Shown here: positions 1-12,700 of the stretch, in pieces | Numbering within the stretch: position 1 is the stretch's first letter | Layout of the letters: each line of letters begins with the position of its first letter | From: Eledone cirrhosa | Lineage: Eukaryota | Length of the DNA stretch: 64,000 bases | NCBI GenBank assembly: GCA_964016885.1 | Contig: OZ024744.1 | Coordinates: forward strand, 111,972,001 to 112,036,000 | Reading direction: 5' to 3' | Made by a program: the position numbers and the translations under genes | The notes under the pieces: model-generated | Databases searched by the model: none | What the model was told of the DNA's origin: nothing | What the model saw: the letters and a program-made list of their open reading frames with translations, nothing else

Positions 1-29
1 TACATCTTTCTCTCTCTCTCTCTCTCTCT

Positions 30-78
<49 letters not shown>

Positions 79-254
79 ATGTGTTCCTATATGTAATTAA
101 TACACACAGGGACACAAGTATAGTTCAACCATATGCCAGTGTGGTTCAATGGCAAGTTAATAAATTAAAAAGCCAGAACATATAAAATCAAGGGAATGCA
201 AATACTGAAAAAATTTTTATATAAATTCTAAAAATTCACTGTACTTACTATATG

Positions 255-337
255 TGCCCCTACTGCGGTTTCAAATCCTAAACGAATAGATAATCCAGGC
301 GGATTTCCATTGAGAAAGAGATTATCGTCAGAAGGCA
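255..337 (-). ncRNA. Type I hammerhead ribozyme candidate with long stem II
   Basis: Minus strand reads tgcctt-CTGACGA-taatc...gattt-GAAAC-cgca-GTA-ggggca. Stem I tgcctt/ggggca includes two G-U pairs; stem III is minimal. Confidence 0.6.
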
Positions 338-445
338 TTTCTCTCTCGGAGAATATAAAATTCTCGAGTTAAAAATTACAAACTAGCACCACTCCAAACT
401 GCCTCAGAATGAGAGCAAATGAATAATAAAGCAGTTTTGTCATGG

Positions 446-483
<38 letters not shown>

Positions 484-562
484 CGAAATATATATATATA
501 TATTTTGTTTCTGAATTATTGGCAACATGACCCTCCCAAAGCATAACAATTTATATATATAT

Positions 563-710
563 ATCATCATCTTTTTTACGGTCATTTCTGCATGCTTGCA
601 TGGGTTGGACAGGTCCTTCTCATCACAACAACATCTTTCAACATATTGCAATCCTTTTGCATCTCCTCTATGAGTCTCACCACCTCTGCCTAGGTCCTCC
701 CTGGTCTACA
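563..710 (-). mobile_element. Degenerate 3' end fragment of an RTE LINE
   Basis: (ATC)n tail and CATGCTTGCATGGGTTGGAC resemble the RTE tails at 23530-23580; GRP-like codons lie at the inner end. Confidence 0.5.
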
Positions 711-1276
711 ATGCTATCATTTAATGTTTATTATTAATAAACAACATTTTCAAAAAATACATAAATGAAAACAAAACATTGCAATCAAAGTTTTGTGAAA
801 AAAAATGTGTATTTTTAAAAACTAATTATAGTGTATATATACTGTACATATTACTGGCAGTATACAGTAATACTAAATGTTATAATTAAATTTCTAAATA
901 ATTGTGAATGTATAGTATACTGTATAGTATAGTGTTATTTAGAGTAGTGTATGCAAGTGATTGTTCTTACCTTCCCCAATAAAAAATATAAAGTACCTTG
1001 CGAAATATACACATCTAGAGACTTTTACTAATGACCTTCGGTCTTTCCCACTCAATATATATATTTGGGAGTGTGTGTATATGTGTACATGTACATGCGT
1101 ATATAGAGATTTATATATATGTATACATACATATTTTTTCAAGTTTCAATTTGTAGAAACATTATTTTCCCTAGGGACTTTAAACTGAAGAACTGACCAC
1201 TAATTGATTTTACATATGTCTTTAACACATTGATATAAAAAAATGATTTGGCCAGCAGCTGTGTATGTGTAAGTAT

Positions 1277-1602
1277 ATCATCATCATCATCATTTCATTT
1301 TACGTCCACTTTTCCCTGCTTGCAAGGGTGGGACGGGAACTGATTCTGGCTTGATTTCTACAGCTGGATGCCCTTCCTAACACCAACCTAATTTACAGTG
1401 AGTGCTGGGTGCTTTTTTGCCGTGGCACCTCCACGAATGATAGGGATCCCAGTCCCTATAATCTCATTTCTACAGCTGAGTAAACTGGAGCAACGTGAAA
1501 TAAAGTGTCTTGCTCAAGGAAACAACACATCACCCGGTCTGAGAATTGAACTCACAACCTTTCGATTGCAAAGCCAATGCTCTAACCACTAAGCCATGTG
1601 CC
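1277..1602 (-). mobile_element. tRNA-derived SINE family A (short RTE-type tail)
   Basis: Reverse complement of the copy at 55940-56284, with A-box TGGCTTAGTGG, B-box GAGTTCAATTC and a (GAT)n tail. Confidence 0.85.
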
Positions 1603-1631
1603 TATACAATATATTAATGTACCATACAATA

Positions 1632-1700
1632 TATTAATAAATGGAAACTATATTTATAAAACCATAATTATTTTATTATATATATTTCAAGGGCAACCAG
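1632..1700 (-). mobile_element. 3' half of a hammerhead-bearing PLE terminal repeat, truncated in stem II
   Basis: Minus strand reads ggttgccctt-GAAA-tatata-TA-ataaaataattatgg..., near-identical to 20283-20350. The CTGATGA half is missing and RTE sequence follows. Confidence 0.7.
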
Positions 1701-3742
1701 ATAGATTATATCCTTACTAGAAGACGTGACAGAGTGTCTGTTGTAAACACTAAGTCCCTCCCTCGTGAAGAATGCACCTCCCAACATAGCATAGTAGTTA
1801 GTGACCTCATAGTCAGGACCAGACGTATTCAACGACAGAGGAGGACTACCTTGAGGAGAAGATTATGGAAGATGAAGGAACACACAGCAAGTGACAAATT
1901 TAAAAGCTTATTACTTGATGCTTTTGACAATAAGGAAGAGCAATTAGAGACGTACAATATAGAGGAACAGTGGGAATTCTTGAAAATTAACCTGTTGAAG
2001 GCAACAGATGAAATCTGTGGCTGGAACAGACCTATAGGCAGGAGGAGAGTGACATGGTGGTGGAACAGTAAGGTGGAGGAGACAATCAAGACCAAAAAGC
2101 AGGCTTGGAAAGTATGGCGGGATGGGGGGGGGGAAGTAGAGAACTCTATCAAGTGGCTAGAAGGGAAGCTAGGAGACAAGTGTACTTTGCAAAAAGGGAA
2201 GCAAAGGATAGAAAGTTCAAGTATGTTCTACAATGCGAGGACCAAAGACGTGAGGTGTTCAAGATTGCAAGACAATGTGTCAAGGAAAACCGTGATATTG
2301 TCAGGGAGAAGTGTGTTCGTAATGATGATAATATACTTTCCCTCATTGATAAGAAGGTAGCTTGGAAGTGACACTACGAGAGACTATTAAATGAGGAGAA
2401 TGAATGGGATAAAAATAATCGCCCAAAATCAATCCAACAGAGGGACCAGCAGTGCAAGTTAATGGTAGTATAGTAAGTAAGGCAATCAAAGATATGAAGA
2501 CAGGCAAGTCAGCTGGGCCTTCGGAGATAGTTGCTGAGATGTTGAAGGCATCTGTATTGGTGGGACATACTATGGTCACCCGGATAGTAAACCATCATAA
2601 TCGTTAACTGCTACAAGGAAACTATAGAGGCATTAAGTTGACCAGGTCATAAAGGTCACAGAAAGAGTTATTACTCAACTGATTAGAGAGCGAATTGATC
2701 TAGATGAAATGCAGTTTGGGTGTGTCAGGTAAAAGTACCACGGATGCTCTCTTCCTTGTACGACAACTACAGAAGTACCTAGCTAAAAGTAAACCCCTCT
2801 ACTTAGCTTTTGTTGACTTGGAGAAAGTGTTTGGCACAGTCCACCGCTCCATTATCTGGTAGGCTCTTAGAAAACTAGGAGTAGATGATGGCTTGTGAGA
2901 GCTATACAAGCCATGTATAGAAGAACAGTCAGCAAGGTTAGAATTAACAATGAATAAAGTGAAGAATTTAGTATAAAAGTGTTCATCAGGGCTCCGTCCT
3001 TAGCATCCTCCTGTTTATTATTGCCCTTCAGGCTATAGCAGAGGAGTTTAAGACCGGCTGCCCATGGAAACTCCTATATGCAGATGATCTAACGCTCATA
3101 GCCGAATTGATGGTTGAACTAGAGAAGAAATTCCAAACATGGAAGCATGGCCTAGAATGAAAAGGCCTTAAAGTTAACTTGTCTAAGACTAAAGTTCTAG
3201 TATGTAGAAAGGAGAATAGGGCACAGGTGCCCTCTGGGAAATGGCCATGCTCAGTGTGTAGGAAGAAATTACATTTTATGTCCCAAATGCAGACTATGGG
3301 TACATAAAAGATGTAGTGGGATCACAGGTAAGCTATCAGGTGCAGTAAGTAGCAAGGGCCCACTGGATGCTATCTCCTTGAACTGCCCAGATGGTTCTAT
3401 AGAACTAGTAGACACTTTCTGTTACCTGGATGACAAAATCAGCAGTGGAGGTGTGTGCTCTGAAAGTACAGTAGCCAGACTTAGAACGGGATGGAAAAAG
3501 TTCAGAGAGCTTATACTGCTGTTGGCCACAAATGGTTTTTGCTCTAAAAATGAAAGGCAGATTGTACGATGCTTGTATACGAATGGCGATATTACATGGT
3601 AGTGCAACCTGGGTGTTGTGTGCTGAAGACTTGTGTAGATTAGAAAGAAATGAAGCTTGCATGCTCTGATGGATGTGTAATAGTAATGTACGTGAACGGT
3701 CAAGCATAAACGAATTGAGAGAGAGAGACTAAGCATAAGAGG
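1697..3742 (+). mobile_element. Degenerate RTE-clade LINE (APE C-terminus, RT, PHD-like insert), many stops and frameshifts
   Basis: QIDYIL...SQHSIVV endonuclease end, WWWNSKV, AFVDLEK, LLYADDL and DTFCYL motifs; colinear with the 21318-23580 copy. Confidence 0.9.
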
Positions 3743-3747
3743 TTGTG

Positions 3748-3868
3748 TTTCCTCCTGTTGTATTGTAAAGCCTATGCCAAAAATGACGTAGGCTTTACAA
3801 CAAGGAGGAAATATAATAGTACTACTGATGATGTCGCCAATGTGTGATGAAAGAACTCTGATAGACTA
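3748..3868 (+). ncRNA. Hairpin followed by a degenerate hammerhead-like motif
   Basis: Inverted repeat at 3748-3811, then CTGATGA-t-gtcgc/gtgat-GAAA-gaac-TC. Stem I is poor. The segment ends in (TA)n. Confidence 0.35.
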
Positions 3869-4039
3869 TATATATATATTTATATCTGTATTTTTAATGA
3901 TAAACATTGATTGCCAAATAAATTGACTATGGAGTTATAAAAGATACAGAAGTGAAAACCAACCCAAACCAAACAGTGAGTGTGTTCTGTTATTATTTCT
4001 GGCAATATTATAATAATATGACCCTCCTCAAGTATAACA

Positions 4040-4080
<41 letters not shown>

Positions 4081-4094
4081 TATAGACATATATA

Positions 4095-5295
4095 CGAGGT
4101 TTGTCCCAAAAGTAAGGATACAACATAATAACACAGTACTTCATTGATATATATATGCATGTCGATTATTACCTTGGCTGAACATACATACTTGTTTCAA
4201 CATAGATTGAGTCAGTCCTGAGTTATTGCTGTTTATGTACAGATGTGTTGATAACCTCTGTTACGTTTGTGATGTAGAAAAATATTGAACAATGGTGCAT
4301 AGCAAATTTTGTGTGAAACTTTATTATCTGCCACCAAAACATTTAATTGTTTAACACAAGCTTATGAGGATCTCACTCTATTGGGAAGTAAGGTTTTTAA
4401 GTGGCACAAAGCTTTCAAAGAGGACTGAGAAAATATTGAAGACACACCTCAACCTGAAAGGTGAATCTTGTCAACAAATGAACCAAATGTGGAGAAGGTG
4501 CTAGTGATGATGGTGAAAGATTGACCAGTGTTAGGATGATTGCAGAAGAAATGGGCTTGGATAAAAAGGCAGTTCACAAAATATTAACAGACTATTTGCA
4601 CATGCAAAAAATTTGTGCAAAACTTGTGTCCAAACATTTATCTGGGGAACAAAACGGAAACTGGTTGGAAATTTGTTAGGATTTGCTAAAAAGACTTGAA
4701 CTTGAATCAAATTTCTTGGATAAAGTAATAACAGGGTGTGAATCATGGATGTTCGTATATGATCCAGAAACAAAATGGCAAAGTGAGCAGTGACACTAAC
4801 AATACTCCTTGTCTGAAGAAAGCACACATAAGCAGGTTCAGGGAAAAACAATGATTATAATTTTTTTAAATAGTCATGGTATTGTTCACAAAGAATTTTA
4901 CCCCCAGGACAGACAGTTAATTAGACTTTCTACAAAGATGTCTTGGAATGACTACAAAAACAGGTCCATCAAGTCAACATTGTAGGAGATTGGGTACTAC
5001 ACCACGATAATACCCAGATCTAGCTCCATGTGATTTCTACCTCTTCCATAAGTTGAAATCAAAGTTGAAGGGTCATCATTTTAGGGACTGTGAAAAACAT
5101 ACAAAATAACTGCAATTGACAAGGACACTCACAGAAAATGACTTTCAGTACTGCTAGGATCAATGGAAAAAGAGGTTGGAACCACTGTGGGACTTCCTAA
5201 GAATCGTATTTTGCAGGAGATATCTTGTAATTTTCTGTATGTCTAATATACATTTAAATAAAACATCAGTACCCTTACTCTTTGGATATACCTCA
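4095..5295 (+). mobile_element. Decayed mariner (Tc1/mariner) DNA transposon
   Basis: Imperfect TIRs CGAGGTTTGTCCCAAAAGTAAGG / CCTTACTCTTTGGATATACCTCA, with TA on the left. Transposase remnants: KFCVKL, VFKWHKAFKE, ITGCESWMFVYDPET, LHHDNT and PDLAPCDFYLF. Confidence 0.9.
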
Positions 5296-5965
5296 ATTAT
5301 ATAACTCATCTAACCATGCTAGTGTGGAAAATTGATGTTAAATGGTGATATTATGATGATGATGATGATGATGATTTATCAGCTATTTTTAGGTGGACTA
5401 AAAAGAAAGGGCAGGAGCCAATGACCAACTGAAACCAAAGAATGTTTGCAGTAATCTTTCCATTGCTGCTATTATATGCTGGTTGAAACTCCTGGCAGGA
5501 CAAGGTAGGATTTTAACTCCAAATATAGATAACTAGATCAGACACTGCAAATACGTCCTGTTTGGCTCTTTAACAATGTTGCCAATCTACTAACCTTGGA
5601 TTGGTCTTTTGTTTATCCATTCCAAAAAAAAAGGATGAAGAGGAAAAGTAGCTTTGGTGGGATTTGAACTTAGGACAGAGTCAGCCAGAACAAATACAGA
5701 GTTATGTAATCCAATACCATAATTGCTCTGCCACGACCACGTATATGCTTCCATATAGGTATGAGTTGGTGCAAGCTACCAGGCTTGAAAACAGAGAGAT
5801 GTGGTACACAGAATCTTCAGGATTGTCTGACTCATTTGATTCCAAAACACATGAAACCACCCTTAGTTCAATGATACAAAGCTGCTTCTTTTAAAGTGTT
5901 TATATTTATCTAGAAAATCTTCCATCATAATTTTATGTAAGAATATTTGTTAAGTTATGCTCCAA

Positions 5966-6246
5966 TCTATCTATCTAAGGCGGGTAAAATTCTCGAGATC
6001 CATGGACGAGTTCTCTCCAGCGGTCTCTGTCCCTCATTATCGCTGCCATGTCCTGCGTCTCCAACAGACCAGTGTCTGTCCTTAGGGCATCAACATACGT
6101 TAACCTTGGTCTTCCTCTTCTAGTGTGTCCATGTAGGGGCTCCCAAAGGAGCACTGAGTGCAATGTCAACTCTGGATGTCGGTGAGCATGTCCAGCCAAC
6201 CTCAGTCTCCTCTGTGTCACTTTTGAGCTGACTTTTGGGAGGCTCC
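5966..6246 (-). mobile_element. 3' fragment of RTE-like LINE family 2
   Basis: Encodes [12 protein letters not shown]...GRPRLTY...RDRWR; near-identical to 27256-27530. Has an (ATAG)n tail and target-site duplication (TSD) GCTCCAA at 5959-5965 / 6242-6248. Confidence 0.85.
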
Positions 6247-6287
6247 AAACACCAACTTAATGAGAAAGTTAGCTATATTATTAAATA

Positions 6288-6660
6288 CAGTGTACTCCCT
6301 ACATTTGTGGTCCTGGTTATTCACAGAATTTTCCTTAGAACCTAACTAATAATTGTTCGTGGAAACCACCTCATATTTGCAGAATCGTAAATATCTACCG
6401 CGATTTTTTAATGGTTTTTTTTTTCATGGCAATATACATTTTTTTTTAATGCTAAAATATTAATAACAATATACGGTATTTACTGGCCTATTGGACGCCC
6501 CTTCGCATAAGACGCTCCGCTCCCTCTTTTTTAAATAATATTTTACGTTATATTTTGCCGTTTATTGGCATTTTTATGAACCACGTCGAAATATTTGTGG
6601 TTTTTCACTGTTCGCGGGGGCCCCAGGAACATAACCTCTGCAAATACCAGGGGACAACAG
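6288..6660. mobile_element. Tigger/pogo-like MITE
   Basis: TA-CAGTGTACTCCC...GGGGACAACAG-TA imperfect TIRs with TA flanks; a second pogo-like end lies inside at ~6472-6520. Confidence 0.55.
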
Positions 6661-6739
6661 TATAGACAAATACTTGATTATTTTCAAAATTATTTGAAAA
6701 CCACAGACAGTGTATTTTATTAGAAATATGGTAATGAAA

Positions 6740-9700
6740 GGGTTAACAACATAGTGATAAGGGCTAATGACATAGTGGTAAGGGCTAATGACATAGTGAT
6801 AAGGGTTAATGACATAGTGATAAGAGTTAATGACATAGTGATAAGGGTTAATGACATAGTGATAAGGGTTAATGACATAGTGATAAGGGTTAATGACATA
6901 ATGATAAGGGCTAATGACATAGTGATAAGGGTTAATGACATAGTGATAAGGGCTAATGACATAGTGATAAGGGTTAATGACATAGTGATAAGGGTTAATG
7001 ACATAGTGATAAGGGTTAATGACATAGTGATAAGGGTTAATGACATAGTGATAAGGGTTAATGACATAGTGATAAGGGTTAATGACATAGTGATAAGGGT
7101 TAATGACATAATGATAAGGGCTAATGACATAGTGATAAGGGTTAATGACATAGTGATAAGGGTTAATGACATAGTGATAAGGGCTAATGACATAGTGATA
7201 AGGGTTAATGACATAGTGATAAGGGCTAATGACATAGTGATAAGGGCTAATGACATAGTGATAAGGGTTAATGACATAGTGATAAGGGCTAATGACATAG
7301 TGATAAGGGCAAATGACATAGTGATAAGGGCTAATGACATAGTGATAAGGGCTAATGACATAATGATAAGGCCTAATGACATAGTGATAAGGGTTAATGA
7401 CATAGTGAGAAGGGCTATTGACATAGTGATAAGGGCTAATGACATAGTGATAAGGGCTAATGACATAGTGATAAGGGTTAATGACATAGTGATAAGGGTT
7501 AATGACATAGTGATAAGGGTTAATGACATAGTGATAAGGGTTAATGACATAGTGATAAGGGTTAATGACATAATGATAAGGGCTAATGACATAATGATAA
7601 GGGTTAATGACATAGTGATAAGGGCTAATGACATAGTGATAAGGGCTAATGACATAGTGATAAGGGTTAATGACATAGTGATAAGGGCTAATGACATAGT
7701 GATAAGGGTTAATGACATAGTGATAAGGGCTAATGACATAGTGATAAGGGTTAATGACATAGTGATAAGGGCTAATGACATAGTGATAAGGGTTAATGAC
7801 ATAGTGATAAGGGTTAATGACATAGTGATAAGGGTTAATGACATAGTGATAAGGGCTAATGACATAGTGATAAGGGTTAATGACATAGTGATAAGGGTTA
7901 ATGACATAGTGATAAGGGTTAATGACATAGTGATAAGGGCTAATGACATAGTGATAAGGGCTAATGACATAGTGATAAGGGTTAATGACATAGTGATAAG
8001 GGTTAATGACATAGTGATAAGGGTTAATGACATAGTGATAAGGCCTAATGACATAGTGATAAGGGCTAATGACATAGTGATAAGGGCTATTGACATAGTG
8101 ATAAGGGTTAATGACATAGTGATAAGGGTTAATGACATAGTGATAAGGGCTAATGACATAGTGATAAGGGCTAATGACATAGTGATAAGGGTTAATGACA
8201 TAGTGATAAGGGCTAATGACATAGTGATAAGGGTTAGTGACATAGTGATAAGGGCTAATGACATAGTGATAAGGGCTAATGACATAGTGATAAGGGTTAA
8301 TGACATAGTGATAAGGGCTAATGACATAGTGATAAGGGCTAATGACATAATGATAAGGGTTAATGACATAATGATAAGGGTTAATGACACAGTGATAAGG
8401 GTTAATGACATAGTGATAAGGGTTAATGACATAGTGATAAGGGCTAATGACATAGTGATAAGGGCTAATGACATAGTGATATGGGTTAATGACATAGTGA
8501 TAAGGGTTAATGACATAGTGATAAGGGTTAATGACATAGTGATAAGGGTTAATGACATAGTGATAAGGGCTAATGACATAGTGATAAGGGCTAATGACAT
8601 AGTGATAAGGGTTAATGACATAGTGATAAGGGTTAATGACATAGTGATAAGGGCTAATGACAGTGATAAGGGTTAATGACATAGTGATAAGGGCTAATGA
8701 CATAGTGATAAGGGTTAATGACATAGTGATAAGGGTTAATGACATAGTGATAAGGGCTAATGACATGGTGATAAGGGCTAATGACATAATGATAAGGGTT
8801 AATGACATAGTGATAAGGGTTAATGACATAGTGATAAGGGCTAATGACATAATGATAAGGGTTAATGACATAATGATAAGGGTTAATGACACAGTGATAA
8901 GGGTTAATGGCATAGTGATAAGGGCTAATGACATAGTGATAAGGGTTAATGACATAGTGATAAGGGCTAATGACATAGTGATAAGGGTTAATGACATAGT
9001 GATAAGGGTTAATGACATAGTGATAAGGGCTAATGACATAGTGATAAGGGCTAATGACATAGTGATAAGAGTTAATGACATAGTGATAAGGGCTAATGAC
9101 ATAGTGATAAGGGCTAATGACATAATGATAAGGGTTAATGACATAATGATAAGGGTTAGTGACACAGTGATAAGGGTTAATGACATAGTGATAAGGGTTA
9201 ATGACATAGTGATAAGGGCTAATGACATAGTGATAAGGGCTAATGACATAGTGATATGGGTTAATGACATAGTGATAAGGGCTAATGACATAGTGATAAG
9301 GGTTAATGACATAGTGATAAGGGTTAATGACATAGTTGATAAGGGCTAATGACAGTGATAAGGGTTAATGACATAGTGATAAGGGCTAATGACATAGTGA
9401 TAAGGGTTATTGACATAGTGATAAGGGCTAATGACATAGTGATAAGGGCTAATGACATAATGATAAGGCCTAATGACATAGTGATAAGGGTTAATGACAT
9501 AGTGATAAGGGCTAATGACATAGTGATAAGGGCTATTGACATAGTGATAAGGGCTAATGACATAGTGATAAGGGTTAATGACATAGTGATAAGGGTTAAT
9601 GACATAGTGATAAGGGTTAATGACATAGTGATAAGGGCTAATGACATAATGATAAGGGTTAATGACATAGTGATAAGGGTTAATGACATAGTGATAAGGG

Positions 9701-12700
9701 CTAATGACATAGTGATAAGGGTTAATGACAGTGATAAGGGTTAATGACATAGTGATAAGGGCTAATGACATAGTGATAAGGGTTAATGACATAGTGATAA
9801 GGGCTAATGACATAGTGATAAGGGCTAATGACATAATGATAAGGCCTAATGACATAGTGATAGGGGCTAATGACATAATGATAAGGGCTAATGACATAGT
9901 GATAAGGGCTAATGACATAGTGATAAGGGCTAATGACATAGTGATAAGGGTTAATGACATAGTGATAAGGGTTAATGACATAGTGATAAGGGTTAATGAC
10001 ATAATGATAAGGGCTAATGACATAGTGATAAGGGCTAATGACATAGTGATAAGGGCTAATGACATAGTGATAAGGGTTAATGACATAGTGATAAGGGTTA
10101 ATGACATAGTGATAAGGGTTAATGACATAGTGATAAGGGCTAATGACATAGTGATAAGGGTTAATGACATAGTGATAAGGGCTAATGACATAGTGATAAG
10201 TGTTAATGACATAGTGATATGGGTTAATGACATAGTGATAAGGGTTAATGACATAGTGATAAGGGTTAATGACATAGTGATAAGGGTTAATGACATAGTG
10301 ATAAGGGTTAATGACATAGTGATAAGGGGTAATGACATAGTGATAAGGGTTAATGACATAGTGATAAGGGTTAATGACATAATGATAAGGGCTAATGACA
10401 TAGTGATAAGGGTTAATGACATAGTGATAAGGGCTAATGACATAATGATAAGGCCTAATGACATAGTGATAAGGGTTAACGACATAGTGAGAAGGGCTAT
10501 TGACATAGTGATAAGGGCTAATGACATAGTGATAAGGGCTAATGACATAGTGATAAGGGTTAATGACATAGTGATAAGGGTTAATGACATAGTGATAAGG
10601 GTTAATGACATAGTGATAAGGGTTAATGACATAGTGATAAGGGTTAATGACATAATGATAAGGGCTAATGACATAATGATAAGGGTTAATGACATAGTGA
10701 TAAGGGCTAATGACATAGTGATAAGGGCTAATGACATAGTGATAAGGGTTAATGACATAGTGATAAGGGCTAATGACATAGTGATAAGGGTTAATGACAT
10801 AGTGATAAGGGCTAATGACATAGTGATAAGGGTTAATGACATAGTGATAAGGGCTAATGACATAGTGATAAGGGTTAATGACATAGTGATAAGGGTTAAT
10901 GACATAGTGATAAGGGCTAATGACATAGTGATAAGGGTTAATGACATAGTGATAAGGGTTAATGACATAGTGATAAGGGTTAATGACATAGTGATAAGGG
11001 CTAATGACATAGTGATAAGGGCTAATGACATAGTGATAAGGGTTAATGACATAGTGATAAGGGTTAATGACATAGTGATAAGGGTTAATGACATAGTGAT
11101 AAGGCCTAATGACATAGTGATAAGGGCTAATGACATAGTGATAAGGGCTATTGACATAGTGATAAGGGTTAATGACATAGTGATAAGGGTTAATGACATA
11201 GTGATAAGGGCTAATGACATAGTGATAAGGGCTAATGACATAGTGATAAGGGTTAATGACAGTGATAAGGGCTAATGACATAGTGATAAGGGTTAGTGAC
11301 ATAGTGATAAGGGCTAATGACATAGTGATAAGGGCTAATGACATAGTGATAAGGGTTAATGACATAGTGATAAGGGCTAATGACATAGTGATAAGGGCTA
11401 ATGACATAATGATAAGGGTTAATGACATAATGATAAGGGTTAATGACACAGTGATAAGGGTTAATGACATAGTGATAAGGGTTAATGACATAGTGATAAG
11501 GGCTAATGACATAGTGATAAGGGCTAATGACATAGTGATATGGGTTAATGACATAGTGATAAGGGTTAATGACATAGTGATAAGGGTTAATGACATAGTG
11601 ATAAGGGTTAATGACATAGTGATAAGGGCTAATGACATAGTGATAAGGGCTAATGACATAGTGATAAGGGTTAATGACATAGTGATAAGGGTTAATGACA
11701 TAGTGATAAGGGCTAATGACAGTGATAAGGGTTAATGACATAGTGATAAGGGCTAATGACATAGTGATAAGGGTTAATGACATAGTGATAAGGGCTAATG
11801 ACATAGTGATAAGGGCTAATGACATAATGATAAGGCCTAATGACATAGTGATAAGGGTTAATGACATAGTGATAAGGGTTAATGACATAGTGATAAGGGT
11901 TAATGACATAGTGATAAGGGTTAATGACATAGTGATAAGGGCTAATGACATGGTGATAAGGGCTAATGACATAATGATAAGGGTTAATGACATAGTGATA
12001 AGGGTTAATGACATAGTGATAAGGGCTAATGACATAATGATAAGGGTTAATGACATAATGATAAGGGTTAATGACACAGTGATAAGGGTTAATGGCATAG
12101 TGATAAGGGCTAATGACATAGTGATAAGGGTTAATGACATAGTGATAAGGGCTAATGACATAGTGATAAGGGTTAATGACATAGTGATAAGGGTTAATGA
12201 CATAGTGATAAGGGCTAATGACATAGTGATAAGGGCTAATGACATAGTGATAAGAGTTAATGACATAGTGATAAGGGCTAATGACATAGTGATAAGGGCT
12301 AATGACATAATGATAAGGGTTAATGACATAATGATAAGGGTTAATGACACAGTGATAAGGGTTAATGACATAGTGATAAGGGTTAATGACATAGTGATAA
12401 GGGCTAATGACATAGTGATAAGGGCTAATGACATAGTGATATGGGTTAATGACATAGTGATAAGGGCTAATGACATAGTGATAAGGGTTAATGACATAGT
12501 GATAAGGGTTAATGACATAGTTGATAAGGGCTAATGACAGTGATAAGGGTTAATGACATAGTGATAAGGGCTAATGACATAGTGATAAGGGTTATTGACA
12601 TAGTGATAAGGGCTAATGACATAGTGATAAGGGCTAATGACATAATGATAAGGCCTAATGACATAGTGATAAGGGTTAATGACATAGTGATAAGGGCTAA

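Larger units (their letters stand above)
5828..6746. mobile_element. TTAA-ended (piggyBac-like) MITE interrupted by two insertions
   Basis: The right end reads ...GGTAATGAAAGGG-TTAA. The left part (GAAACCACCC..GTTC.ATGATACAAA) recurs at ~43940-44000 and ~55190-55260. Confidence 0.55.
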
